Positions 1 through 8,202 of a stretch of 9,238 nucleotides of DNA are shown piece by piece (positions within the stretch are counted from its first letter, which is position 1; each line of letters opens with the position of its first letter). Under the pieces are notes generated by a model, which did not search any database, was not told the origin of the DNA, and saw only the letters and a program-made list of their open reading frames with translations. A program made the position numbers and the translations under genes. Source of the DNA: a virus (taxonomy: Duplodnaviria > Heunggongvirae > Uroviricota > Caudoviricetes); the IMG/VR virus record IMGVR_UViG_2703718854_000002; one strand, 5' to 3'.

Positions 1-798
1 TTAATGAACATTCGTCGCCGAAAACGAGTCTGTATCATTAGCGTGATGCAGTCTCTGCAAAGGATCTTGTTGATAAAATTGGCAGAAACGTTGCCACAAT
101 GAAGGGAAACGAGGAGCAAAAAGTTCTGGGGCGCTAAAGAAATATTCAGAAAGTACGGCAAAACATTCAGCAGGATCGCTGGCTGCATAAGCATCAATGC
201 TCGCCGCATTCTCGCCAACCAATTCGATTTCTTCCTGAATGTTGTTCATTGCAGCATGAAGATCGTGTTCCCAGCCAGCAACCTCACGCAACGGAATAAA
301 GGGAACTCCGCTGGCGCGATCGCCGTTACGGGTGTCCAGCTTATGAGCGACTTCATGAATAATCAGGTTAAAACCAGAAGCATCAAAAGAATCTTGTATA
401 TCCAACCAGTTCAAAACGATAGGCCCTTGCTGCCAGCTCTGACCTGACTGAACAATACGTTGGTTATGCACCAGACCGATATCGTCTTCCCATTCATCAT
501 CGACCACAAATGGCGCAGGATAAATTAAGACTTCATGAAAACCATCCAGCCATTCCAGTCCTAACTCCAGAACGGGTAGGCAAAATAGAAGTGCTATCCG
601 GCAGCTTCTTAATGAATCCAGTTCAAAGCCCTGTAAAGGAACAAGCCGCTTTTGCTGTAAAAAACGTTCGGCAAGAGTGACTAATTTGCTTTGTTCCTGT
701 TCCGTCAGACACGTTAAAAGGGGGATCGATAGTGCTTCCTGCCAGGGAAGGGCAGTTTGATGTGCTGATTCTTGTACTTTCCAGGGCCACTTAATCAT
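1..798 (-). CDS. mtfA: MtfA (Mlc titration factor A), zinc-dependent peptidase
   Basis: Minus-strand ORF with TAA stop at 1-3. Product begins [11 protein letters not shown] and carries an HEVAH (HExxH) zinc-peptidase motif; recognised from memory as enterobacterial MtfA/YeeI. The ORF track extends to 837 ([13 protein letters not shown]-), but the conserved N-terminus starts at the ATG at 796-798. Confidence 0.85.
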   Translation of the reverse strand: MIKWPWKVQESAHQTALPWQEALSIPLLTCLTEQEQSKLVTLAERFLQQKRLVPLQGFELDSLRSCRIALLFCLPVLELGLEWLDGFHEVLIYPAPFVVDDEWEDDIGLVHNQRIVQSGQSWQQGPIVLNWLDIQDSFDASGFNLIIHEVAHKLDTRNGDRASGVPFIPLREVAGWEHDLHAAMNNIQEEIELVGENAASIDAYAASDPAECFAVLSEYFFSAPELFAPRFPSLWQRFCQFYQQDPLQRLHHANDTDSFSATNVH

Positions 799-891
799 CG
801 TTTTGCTCGCAAACTCGTCACTTGAACAAAATTGCACGGACAGGGACTGTTAAAATGCCAAATTTCCTGGCATCATGGCAACCATCTGAAC

Positions 892-981
892 GGAGAGATG
901 CCGGAGCGGCTGAACGGACCGGTCTCGAAAACCGGAGTAGGGGAAACTCTACCGGGGGTTCAAATCCCCCTCTCTCCGCCA
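892..981 (+). tRNA. serU: tRNA-Ser (anticodon CGA), class II tRNA with long variable arm
   Basis: 90 nt. 7-bp acceptor stem GGAGAGA (892-898) pairs with TCTCTCC (971-977). Anticodon stem CCGGT/ACCGG encloses loop CTCGAAA, giving anticodon CGA. T-arm is GGGGG-TTCAAAT-CCCCC, followed by discriminator G and encoded CCA (979-981). Confidence 0.9.
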
Positions 982-1027
982 CTATTCAATCACTTACAGT
1001 GTTTCGATTCAGTGACCAACATCCCGT

Positions 1028-1061
1028 TGAGAAAAAATGAGAAAATCCACTGAGAAAAAAT
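1028..1061. repeat. Short direct repeats TGAGAAAA(AA)T, three copies starting at 1028, 1038 and 1051, between tRNA 3' end and integrase stop
   Basis: Read directly: tgagaaaaaat at 1028-1038, tgagaaaat at 1038-1046, tgagaaaaaat at 1051-1061. Location fits an attL-proximal arm region; function not established. Confidence 0.3.
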
Positions 1062-1096
1062 AACGCCAGATTTGCACCCGGCGCTGTATCTCAAAC

Positions 1097-1777
1097 TCAC
1101 ATTTTTCTGTTTAAAGTTGGGCTAATTTTTACTTTCCTGTCGTATACCAACACCTGTGATTCAGTTTTGTGACCACTGAATTTTTGCTTATCACGGCCAC
1201 TTCCTTCATAGTCAGAAATGCCTTTCGCCTTCAGATCATGGAACGTGCAGTCTAACGGTCTGCCAATTTTTTCAGCAGCCGCATTCCTAGCCTTTCTCCA
1301 GGCTTCATTGAAACCTTTATAGGAATATCGCTCTCCGTACATGGTTTTGATGACAGCGCCATCTTCCCCTGATTTCCTGCAAAGATTGACAGCGGAGTGC
1401 AAGCGGTCTGTCCACGCTTTAATCTGCTTAACTCCAGTTTTACCCTGTTGAATGAAAATTCCTTTATCCATTATCTGATTCCAGTCCATTTTCAGAACAT
1501 CGGAAACCCTCGCTGCACAGAGATAAGCAATTTCCATTGCGGCTTTTACCGGATCAGTAGCACAGTCATAAATTGCTAAATACTCTTCATCCGTAATGTA
1601 TCGGTCGCGCTGAGGTTTAGGGTATTTATCGACGCCTACGCATGGGTTGCCTGGCACAAATCCACGTTGATATCCCCACCTGTAAACGCGTGACATCGAA
1701 CTATGCTCATGGTTAGCCTGTACGGATGCAATGAAAGAGTTCGGCATCACTGAACCAAAAGATAAGGCGATGTTCAT
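1097..1777 (-). pseudogene. int: Lambda-family tyrosine integrase, C-terminal catalytic domain only (N-terminally truncated remnant)
   Basis: Product aligns by eye to the lambda Int catalytic domain: RDRYITDEEYLAIYDCA, CAARVSD (Arg I), GKTGVK (Lys), FHDLKAK (His present, Arg II position is Lys), GHKTES (His II), LVYDRK (Tyr). An in-frame stop (tca at 1781-1783) lies two codons upstream of the ORF-track Met. The first ~27 residues (1697-1777) are antisense to the endolysin 5' end, so integrase-derived sequence begins near 1696. No room for arm-binding or core-binding domains. Confidence 0.7.
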
Positions 1778-2261
1778 TGCTCAGGTAGGACATGAATCGG
1801 CGGGATTCTCTGCGCTGGTGGAGAACTTCAACTACACGCCTGCCGCATTACTGACGACGTTTGGACGCCGGGTAACGAACTACCAGGCCTCAATGCTTGG
1901 ACGTGCCAACGGTAAGCCAGCAAGTCAGGAAGCTATCGCGAACCTGGTATACAGCAACCGCCTGGGTAATAAAGCTGCTGGTGATGGCTGGAAATACCGT
2001 GGGCGCGGATTAATTCAGATTACCGGTCTCACCAATTACCGTGATTGCGGCAATGGTCTGAAGCTTGACCTGGTTACTAACCCTGAACTGCTGGAGAAAG
2101 ACATCAATGCTGCGCGTTCTGCTGCATGGTTCTACGCCTCCAAAGGTTGCCTGAAGTACACCGATGACCTGGTGCGCATCACTCAGATTATCAATGGCGG
2201 TCAGAACGGCATTAACGACAGACGCGTGCGTTACGGCAAAGCGAAAGCGGTGATTGCATGA
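1731..2261 (+). CDS. Phage endolysin, glycoside hydrolase family 19 (chitinase-like lysozyme)
   Basis: FIAQVGHESAGFSALVENFNY carries two Glu spaced as in the GH19 catalytic pair, and YRGRGLIQITGLTNY follows. It closely resembles Salmonella phage SPN1S-type endolysin as I recall it. The frame is open only from 1686 (stop taa at 1683-1685), so ~25-30 N-terminal residues of the full-length family member appear lost. Stop overlaps the next start (ATGA at 2258-2261). Confidence 0.75.
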   Translation: MKEFGITEPKDKAMFIAQVGHESAGFSALVENFNYTPAALLTTFGRRVTNYQASMLGRANGKPASQEAIANLVYSNRLGNKAAGDGWKYRGRGLIQITGLTNYRDCGNGLKLDLVTNPELLEKDINAARSAAWFYASKGCLKYTDDLVRITQIINGGQNGINDRRVRYGKAKAVIA

Positions 2262-2530
2262 GCATTGTAGAAATCATCATTGGTGTCATTGGTGCTATCT
2301 GTGTTGCCGCTGCTGGTGGGTTTGGTCTTGGCCATATTCGCGGAACCAGCAAAGCAGAAGCGAAAGCCGATCAACAACGCACTGAAGAAAACGCAGCGGC
2401 GAAGGTTGCAGTGGCAGAACGTCAGGCAGAAGTCACCAGAGAGGCCAGTAATGTACAGCAGAAAGTTAATCATATGCCTGGCGACGACGTTGATCGCGAG
2501 CTGCGCACAAACTGGACCCGTAAGGGTTGA
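2258..2530 (+). CDS. Rz-like i-spanin (N-terminal TM helix plus charged coiled-coil region)
   Basis: ATGA overlap with endolysin stop. Hydrophobic N-terminus IIIGVIGAICVAAAGGFGLG followed by Ala/Glu/Lys/Gln-rich segment. Position immediately after endolysin is typical for Rz. Confidence 0.5.
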   Translation: MSIVEIIIGVIGAICVAAAGGFGLGHIRGTSKAEAKADQQRTEENAAAKVAVAERQAEVTREASNVQQKVNHMPGDDVDRELRTNWTRKG

Positions 2531-2681
2531 GGTAGTCGATACGGCGTGCGACTGGGTTCATCCTATCTATGCAACAGATAATGACTGGGATGTGTTGGAT
2601 AAGCAGACCAAGCGCGACATCCTGACGCATAACAAAGCGTGGCAGGCAAATTGTCAGAAGGAGAAACTCGAAATCAAGTAG
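2451..2681 (+). CDS. Rz1-like o-spanin lipoprotein, +1 frame, overlapping and extending beyond Rz
   Basis: ATG at 2451 preceded by GAGAGG (2439-2444) with 6-nt spacer. Signal peptide MYSRKLIICLATTLIASC with lipobox IAS|C. Starts inside Rz and ends 151 bp after it (overlapped, not embedded, architecture). The ORF track's longer 2280 start is a TTG in the same frame. Confidence 0.5.
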   Translation: MYSRKLIICLATTLIASCAQTGPVRVEVVDTACDWVHPIYATDNDWDVLDKQTKRDILTHNKAWQANCQKEKLEIK

Positions 2682-3049
2682 CAAAGCGGTTAGACCGCAG
2701 CCGAAAGGCAATGCAGCAGTAATGATGCTGCCCTGAGTCGCCATTGAGCGAGCCTGTATAGCGACGGGTCAAGGTTCTTATATCAAAATAAGCTCCGGTA
2801 GAGCAGCGCGAACGCCAGACGCGCACCGGTTATAAGCGGCGATGAAGCGACAGCAACTCAAGGGCATGAGCGTGGCCACTCCGGGAAGTGGTGAGGCATT
2901 TAAATGCAGCCTAGATAATTAGAATGGGAATGTTTTATGAAAAACTTATTCAGTACATCAGATGAAATGCTAATGAAACGATCGTCTAATGTTAAAAGAC
3001 AAGAGCTGCTTGAGATTTGCAACCGATTCGTATGTTTCTCGTTTGTTAA

Positions 3050-3067
3050 GCCGGGTGCAACCCCGGC
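3050..3067 (-). terminator. GC-rich hairpin (GCCGGG-tgcaac-CCCGGC) just downstream of the Cys-cluster gene stop
   Basis: Perfect 6-bp inverted repeat with 6-nt loop, 8 nt beyond the stop at 3076-3078 on the minus strand. Only a weak U tract follows, so termination is uncertain. Confidence 0.3.
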
Positions 3068-3075
3068 ATCGGATG

Positions 3076-3609
3076 CTAATTTAAAGGAGCAATCGGGTCT
3101 GTCTTCGAATTCGCAGCGAATTGAATTAATCCAATCATAGTTGCACGAATCTTATCAAACTCTCTGGTTTTAACTACCTCGGTCATAGCTGCTGTAACGT
3201 CGACATTTGAAGAGCAAAAGCCTTCTTTTGTCGGAATCGAAATCTGAACGGTCATCCCATTTGCAATTGAACTGCTTAAAACACGTAAAGGCTCTGGATC
3301 AAGCAATGTAGTAACTTGACCATCATTTACTGGCTGAAAGCACAGAGCTTTGCCATCGAAGCGAATAAGAACACCACAACGATCAGGCCTCATTTCCGGA
3401 CCGATACCTAAAACTCTCCATCCGCAGTACCACGTACGACATAGAGATGGGCGATCATTATAAATCGAACATCCGCCCTGTGCTTTAAGATGCTGACATG
3501 GCACTCCAGCAAATTTTTTAAGCTCTGGCTCTTCGATTCTCAGGGATTTACAACAAACAGAACATGAACCACATTTTCTATCTTTGATTAGCAATTTTTC
3601 CAGACTCAT
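3076..3609 (-). CDS. YkgJ/UPF0153-family cysteine-cluster protein (CxxCxxCC putative Zn/Fe-chelating domain; FliB-like)
   Basis: N-terminal CGSCSVCC (exact CxxCxxCC), then C-QHL and GGCSIYNDRPSLCRTWYCGW, matching the YkgJ-family pattern as I recall it. Strong SD AAGGAGG 8 nt upstream of the ATG at 3609. The C-terminal ~90 residues have no motif I recognise. Confidence 0.55.
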   Translation of the reverse strand: MSLEKLLIKDRKCGSCSVCCKSLRIEEPELKKFAGVPCQHLKAQGGCSIYNDRPSLCRTWYCGWRVLGIGPEMRPDRCGVLIRFDGKALCFQPVNDGQVTTLLDPEPLRVLSSSIANGMTVQISIPTKEGFCSSNVDVTAAMTEVVKTREFDKIRATMIGLIQFAANSKTDPIAPLN

Positions 3610-3811
3610 TTCCCATGCCTCCTTTTTGAGGTGTCACTCAACAAAATGAACAAAGATAATTTTGTAATTTGATACTTACTGGCATTGCTGGCGGCTATTG
3701 CTGGAGTATAAAGCGCATCTCACGCGCACTTCAAAGAAAGTCTTTCAGCTGTGAGCCTGGGCACGCCGTTAGCCGGAATTGGCGATTTAGCAATGCAGAG
3801 GGAGATTAACC

Positions 3812-4108
3812 ATGGCATCCAATTCACCTTGGCATAGCCTCTACAATTCCAAGCGTTGGTACCGACTCCGCTATCACCAGCTTCAGAAGCAACCTCTTTG
3901 TGAGTTCCACCTCCGGCGCAATCAGGTGATAGCGGCAACGATCGTTGACCATGTCATCCCGCACAAAGGAGACGATAGGCTCTTTCATGATCCGGATAAT
4001 CTTCAGTCACTTTGCAAACGTTGCCACGACTCGGTAAAGCAGAGGATGGAGAAGGGCGGAACGGTCATGGACAGCTACAAGGCGCTCATTGTCAGGAACA
4101 AAGCTTAA
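3812..4108 (+). CDS. Phage HNH endonuclease
   Basis: C-x-F-H ... VDHVIPH ... N-LQSLCKRCH pattern (HNH beta-beta-alpha metal finger with flanking Cys/His). RBS-like GAGGGAG upstream of ATG 3812. Small HNH proteins are typical of lambdoid packaging modules. Confidence 0.6.
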   Translation: MASNSPWHSLYNSKRWYRLRYHQLQKQPLCEFHLRRNQVIAATIVDHVIPHKGDDRLFHDPDNLQSLCKRCHDSVKQRMEKGGTVMDSYKALIVRNKA

Positions 4109-4763
4109 TATTAATAATTCAGGTGGTTTAGGCCAAATATCATTTACAACGTCAATAGGAAAAGAAGTTGGCATCGCTCAAATAAACTATACCGGAACCT
4201 CTACGCCTCTTGTTATCGGCTCAGGGGGTACTTTAAACCCTAATGCTATTTTCTTCTTCACAAACCCGACAGTGACAAGTGAAAATGGAGGAGTTCAATC
4301 TTTTCAGATTTACAATAATCAGGTATTACCTGGTGTTGCAAGTTCACAGTCACTAGGGAGCGCGTCGTTTAGATGGACACAGCTGTACGCAGATACAGCA
4401 ACAATCAGTACATCTGATATAAGAAACAAGACCGATATTGTTGATATAAATGATATAGAAAGGAGGGTCGCAATAAGACTGAAAGGACTCATTCGGCGAT
4501 ATAAGCTTAAAAATGCCGTGATGAGCAAGGGAAATGACAAAGCTCGTTACCATATTGGAATAATTGCGCAGGAAGTTGAGAAAGCCTTTGCAGAAGAAGG
4601 ACTAAATGGTTTTGATTATGGATTGCTTTGTTATGACTCATGGGGCCATGAATCTGTGCTTTACTCTGAAGATGGGGTGATACAGAAGCCAGAAATTATT
4701 GCCGGAGAGGGGTATTCAGTTCGCTATGAAGAATTGCTTTGTTTTATAATATCAGCCATTTAG
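4089..4763 (+). pseudogene. Tail fibre/tailspike C-terminal fragment with intramolecular chaperone (peptidase S74-like) domain
   Basis: STSDIRNKTDIVDI...RYHIGIIAQEVEKAFAEEG resembles the autoproteolytic C-terminal chaperone domain of phage tail fibres. The frame is open only from 4038 (stop taa at 4035-4037) and the only start is a TTG at 4089, which overlaps the HNH gene, so the N-terminal part of the fibre is absent. Confidence 0.5.
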
Positions 4764-4808
4764 CTATTAATTGTCATTGAATGCGGCGTAAATTTACGCG
4801 CATAAATA

Positions 4809-5795
4809 TTAGACGACTCTTCGCAAAATCGGTATTGCAGTAAATATTTTAACAATGATAATTGAAGATGCAATGTAAAATACTGCTGCCAGAGGAATAC
4901 CCCATACATAATTTGTAATTGGTAGGTACTTCCATGAAGTGAAAATAATTATTGGGTGAACTAGATAAATGCCAAATGCATGCTTTGAAATTATTTTTAT
5001 TATTGGGCTTGTCAAATCAGCTAAATTCTTAGCATAACCAATGCAAGCAAATGTAGTACTTATCGCCGTAATAGCTACCATTGGGCTGAAGTTCTTCAAG
5101 CTCATTCCTTGGTATTCACCATGAACTATCCCTTTATTAACATAAATGGTAACAACGGAAAGTGTCAATGAAAGGAGAGCAAATACAATCCTGTACTTAA
5201 TTATTAAATCTTCCTTGCGTGCAGCTATGTAACCTGCAAAAACATAGAGCATTAAATAACTTGCAAATGGAACGTTTATCTTCGGAGCGGGTATTCCTAT
5301 TGCATTAAGCTCTGGGTATAAGGATGTGCTGTAAAACAGAACTGCGAATATCAAAAGGCTATAGCGCGTTCTTATTTCTCTACATCCCATAACTATCATT
5401 GGAACAAAAAGATAAATTGCAATGTAATCGTACATAAACCAAAGGTGTATGCTTGATGGTTTCATAGGGCTAAAACTATCTATGCCTGCATTTTTAAAAA
5501 GTATCAAATATGCTGCGTAAATTACCCACCAAAACGCCAGTGGAATTACAAGGAGATTTATTCCTTTAAGGATGAAGCCTTTAAACTCAATTTCTTTATT
5601 TGCATAGAGAAAGCCAGTTATGACAATGAAAATACCAATGCATTGTTTCGATATTGCGCTGTAAATATTGGCCCACTCCCAGTCAGGAGCGAGTTTAGCC
5701 CCGAAAGGTCCGGCACTGGCATGTAGTAAAACTACCAGCAATATAGCAATAAAACGTGCAACTACAACTCCGTTATTAATGTCTGTTTTTGCCAT
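4809..5795 (-). CDS. Acyltransferase-3 family integral membrane O-acetyltransferase (Oac-like O-antigen acetylase)
   Basis: 328-aa polytopic membrane protein. N-terminus VVVARFIAILLVVLLHASAGPF carries the R-x(n)-H motif of the acyltransferase-3 family. Same strand as, and immediately downstream of, the gtr cluster. Visibly AT-rich coding sequence. Confidence 0.7.
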   Translation of the reverse strand: MAKTDINNGVVVARFIAILLVVLLHASAGPFGAKLAPDWEWANIYSAISKQCIGIFIVITGFLYANKEIEFKGFILKGINLLVIPLAFWWVIYAAYLILFKNAGIDSFSPMKPSSIHLWFMYDYIAIYLFVPMIVMGCREIRTRYSLLIFAVLFYSTSLYPELNAIGIPAPKINVPFASYLMLYVFAGYIAARKEDLIIKYRIVFALLSLTLSVVTIYVNKGIVHGEYQGMSLKNFSPMVAITAISTTFACIGYAKNLADLTSPIIKIISKHAFGIYLVHPIIIFTSWKYLPITNYVWGIPLAAVFYIASSIIIVKIFTAIPILRRVV

Positions 5796-5827
5796 TTAGA
5801 TCAGCCCACTAATGAGTTTGCAAAGGT

Positions 5828-5851
5828 GATGCCAACAAAAGTGTTGGCATC
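5828..5851. repeat. Perfect 24-bp palindrome GATGCCAACA-aaag-TGTTGGCATC in the gtr-type/acetyltransferase intergenic spacer
   Basis: Read directly from the sequence: 10-bp arms, 4-nt loop, 8 nt downstream of the glucosyltransferase stop and 33 nt upstream of the acetyltransferase start. Confidence 0.6.
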
Positions 5852-5858
5852 AAAATAA

Positions 5859-7277
5859 TTAGTTCACTATAACAATTGCTTGTCCATTTCGCTCTTTCAA
5901 TATCATGTTTTGAGCGTTGAATCTCACAGTTCCATCTGATTCTATTTTTTTACAACCAGAATCGCACGGGTAGATACTATACCCCAGTTTTAAATGGGAG
6001 ACTTTATCCATGAAAGGATTGCCAGTATAGAAGTATCTATTCATATTGTATATGAAAGGAAATGCTTTTCTGTATGGTTCTGATGCTGAACTGGGTTTGT
6101 TTATTTTTAGATAAATTTTCTGGTAATCTTTATTTTGCAGCGATAAGACTGCATTTGTACGCATTAAGACATTATCAATTCTGGAATAATTTATATTTTG
6201 AAGCATGAAGAAACAGCTTACAAAAATAAATGATATTACCATCGGCACAACTGATACCCAATCAAGCCTTTTAAAGGTGATATTAGTAAAAATAATCATT
6301 GTCGATGCCATGATTATCACTCCGCCCGAAACCATAGAACGACTGGTCACTGGTGGATTTTTTAGAATCAGTAGCATGCCAAAGGAAAGGAAGATAATAA
6401 ACAAGTAAAAAACAACACTCGTTAATTTTACAGGCAAGCTTAATCCTTTTTTTAATAAAATCACAGCAAAAGGAAGCGTAACATACAAAAGTAAAATTTT
6501 TCCTATAAACCCATGGAATAAATCATAAAAGATTTCCTTGAATTTAAGATAGGAGGTGAACATGTTTTTTAACGTATACATGTCAATGCCCAGCATTTCA
6601 GAGCGCATCTTTGTATACTCACTCATATCATCGGGGTTAAAAATCACCTTCTTGTATAGTGCGTATGCAACAAGCATTAGAACGCCAGCAATGACGCAAA
6701 ACTTAATAGCACTAAAAATAGTTGCTTTACCTGACATCATGCTGTGTATGGCTAGTATCAATATAATTGATAAGTATACTGCAATAGATGACTGATAAGA
6801 TGAAATTGCCAGTATTAGCAGAATGAATGCTGTAGCATAAAAGAGCTTTGAAGAAACTCCGAGATAACAGTAGTACGCTGCCATCGCAGCCATGCCTACA
6901 GATGCGGACATCAAAATTGCATCATACTGATAGGCAAGATTATTTATAAAAAATGGGGATAGTAAAAGTGATAAAGAAAATGATGCTTTCGCAAAACTCA
7001 ACTCGCTACCAAAAAATACACTGCTGATTTTGTGTGCAGGGTAAATGAGGAACAGCGCTGCAATCATCATAGTAAATGGAGATAATATTAGAATATGACC
7101 GTTGCCAATGAGATTAGACAGGACTGTTGAAAAATATCTACCATTATGATCCCATCCATATGGTATCTCTATACGCAAAAAATCATCTACGTATAAATGT
7201 CCACCGATAATGAAAGGGAGCACATATAAAAAACCAACAAACAGTAAAATTCCTAAATTTTTAGAATCGTTAGTCAT
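5859..7277 (-). CDS. Serotype-specific O-antigen glucosyltransferase (GtrC/Gtr-type family), polytopic membrane protein
   Basis: Large, AT-rich multi-TM ORF immediately downstream of gtrB in a gtrA-gtrB-gtr(type) arrangement. Start chosen at ATG 7277 (MTNDSKNLG-), which has AGGA 9 nt upstream; the ORF track's longer start is ATG 7295 (MSGKTAM-), which lacks an SD. Either way it overlaps the gtrB 3' end. Confidence 0.65.
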   Translation of the reverse strand: MTNDSKNLGILLFVGFLYVLPFIIGGHLYVDDFLRIEIPYGWDHNGRYFSTVLSNLIGNGHILILSPFTMMIAALFLIYPAHKISSVFFGSELSFAKASFSLSLLLSPFFINNLAYQYDAILMSASVGMAAMAAYYCYLGVSSKLFYATAFILLILAISSYQSSIAVYLSIILILAIHSMMSGKATIFSAIKFCVIAGVLMLVAYALYKKVIFNPDDMSEYTKMRSEMLGIDMYTLKNMFTSYLKFKEIFYDLFHGFIGKILLLYVTLPFAVILLKKGLSLPVKLTSVVFYLFIIFLSFGMLLILKNPPVTSRSMVSGGVIIMASTMIIFTNITFKRLDWVSVVPMVISFIFVSCFFMLQNINYSRIDNVLMRTNAVLSLQNKDYQKIYLKINKPSSASEPYRKAFPFIYNMNRYFYTGNPFMDKVSHLKLGYSIYPCDSGCKKIESDGTVRFNAQNMILKERNGQAIVIVN

Positions 7278-8202
7278 TGCTGTCTTTCCTGACATTTTTT
7301 AGAACATATTTTGGACGTTGTTTGGTTTCAATATAAATTCTGCCGATATATTCACCTAACACACCGATTCCAATCAACTGTATTCCGCCAAGGAAAAGGA
7401 TTGAAACAAGGAGCGAAGGGTAACCACGAACTGGGTTGCCAAAGGCAAGAGTGTTTACAATCATCCACGCGCCATATAAAAAAGATAGACCGGCAACAAA
7501 CAATCCAATGTATGTCCACATCCTCAGCGGGAATGTGGAGAAACTTGTTATACCTTCAAGTGCTAGGTTCCACAACTTCCAGCCGTTGAATTTAGAATCA
7601 CCTGCGACACGTTCAGCACGCACGTATTCTACAACATCAGTTTTTCCGCCAACCCACGAAAGAACCCCCTTCATAAATAGATTTCTTTCGGGTAGCTGTT
7701 TGATATTCTCTACGACCTCTCGTGACATCAGACGGAAGTCACCAACATTCTCTTCAATTTTTGGATTGCTGATTTTATTATGCAGCTTATAAAACCACTC
7801 AGCAGATTTCCGCTTTAAGCGGCTGTCAGTTGAACGGTCTGAGCGCTTAGCCAACACCATATCTGCACCAGCCTGCCATTTTTCGATCAGATTAGGAATG
7901 ACCTCTATTGGATCCTGAAGGTCGACATCAATCGGGATAACCGCTTCACCAGTGGCATGATCAAGGCCAGCGAAAAGAGCTGGTTCTTTACCGAAGTTTC
8001 TGGTGAAGGATAAAGGCATAACAAGCGGATCAGCAACGGCAAGTGCATTAATAATAGATTCGGTCGCATCTTTGCTGCCGTCATTGATGAATACTATCTC
8101 TACTTCATGATTTTGAAGTTCTTCAAATTCACGAACCGTTTTATAGAAGATCGGTATTGTAGCCTCTTCGTTAAATACCGGAACGACAAGAGAAATCTTC
8201 AT
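7270..8202 (-). CDS. gtrB: Bactoprenol glucosyltransferase GtrB (GT2 family)
   Basis: [14 protein letters not shown]-terminus, DVDLQDP (DxD) motif, two C-terminal TM segments. ATGA start/stop overlap with gtrA at 8199-8202. Confidence 0.9.
   Translation of the reverse strand: MKISLVVPVFNEEATIPIFYKTVREFEELQNHEVEIVFINDGSKDATESIINALAVADPLVMPLSFTRNFGKEPALFAGLDHATGEAVIPIDVDLQDPIEVIPNLIEKWQAGADMVLAKRSDRSTDSRLKRKSAEWFYKLHNKISNPKIEENVGDFRLMSREVVENIKQLPERNLFMKGVLSWVGGKTDVVEYVRAERVAGDSKFNGWKLWNLALEGITSFSTFPLRMWTYIGLFVAGLSFLYGAWMIVNTLAFGNPVRGYPSLLVSILFLGGIQLIGIGVLGEYIGRIYIETKQRPKYVLKNVRKDSND

Noticed and set aside
256-447. 63-aa plus-strand ORF
   Set aside because: Entirely antisense within the well-supported mtfA coding region.
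822-1053. Two plus-strand ORFs (822-1040 and 832-1053) of 72-73 aa
   Set aside because: They run straight through the tRNA-Ser gene and its flanks. The cloverleaf explains the sequence and no RBS or coding signal is apparent.
1397-1579. 60-aa plus-strand ORF
   Set aside because: Antisense within the integrase catalytic-domain remnant; no independent support.
2231-2744. Minus-strand ORFs 2231-2473 and 2466-2744
   Set aside because: Antisense to the Rz/Rz1 spanin genes, whose starts are supported by start/stop overlap, an SD and a lipobox.
2937-3140. 67-aa plus-strand ORF (MKNLFSTSDEMLMKR...)
   Set aside because: No convincing SD and no recognisable motif. Its 3' end overlaps the Cys-cluster gene on the other strand and it spans that gene's downstream hairpin. 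Possibly a decayed gene remnant; not called.
3720-3938. 72-aa minus-strand ORF
   Set aside because: Overlaps the HNH start region in antisense and has Gly/Ala-rich low-complexity composition; judged spurious.
4319-4553. Minus-strand ORFs inside the tail-fibre fragment
   Set aside because: Antisense to a region with clear tail-fibre chaperone-domain homology; hydrophobic low-complexity translations typical of AT-rich antisense frames.
4764-4808. Palindrome GCGTAAATTTACGC (4786-4799) as a bidirectional terminator between the convergent tail-fibre fragment and acetyltransferase
   Set aside because: The stem is short and AT-centred with no flanking U/A tracts; too weak to call a terminator.
6205-6795. 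Plus-strand ORFs 6205-6408 and 6556-6795
   Set aside because: Antisense within the gtr-type glucosyltransferase.
7311-7792. Plus-strand ORFs 7311-7589 and 7436-7792
   Set aside because: Antisense within gtrB, which has a strong GT2 signature.
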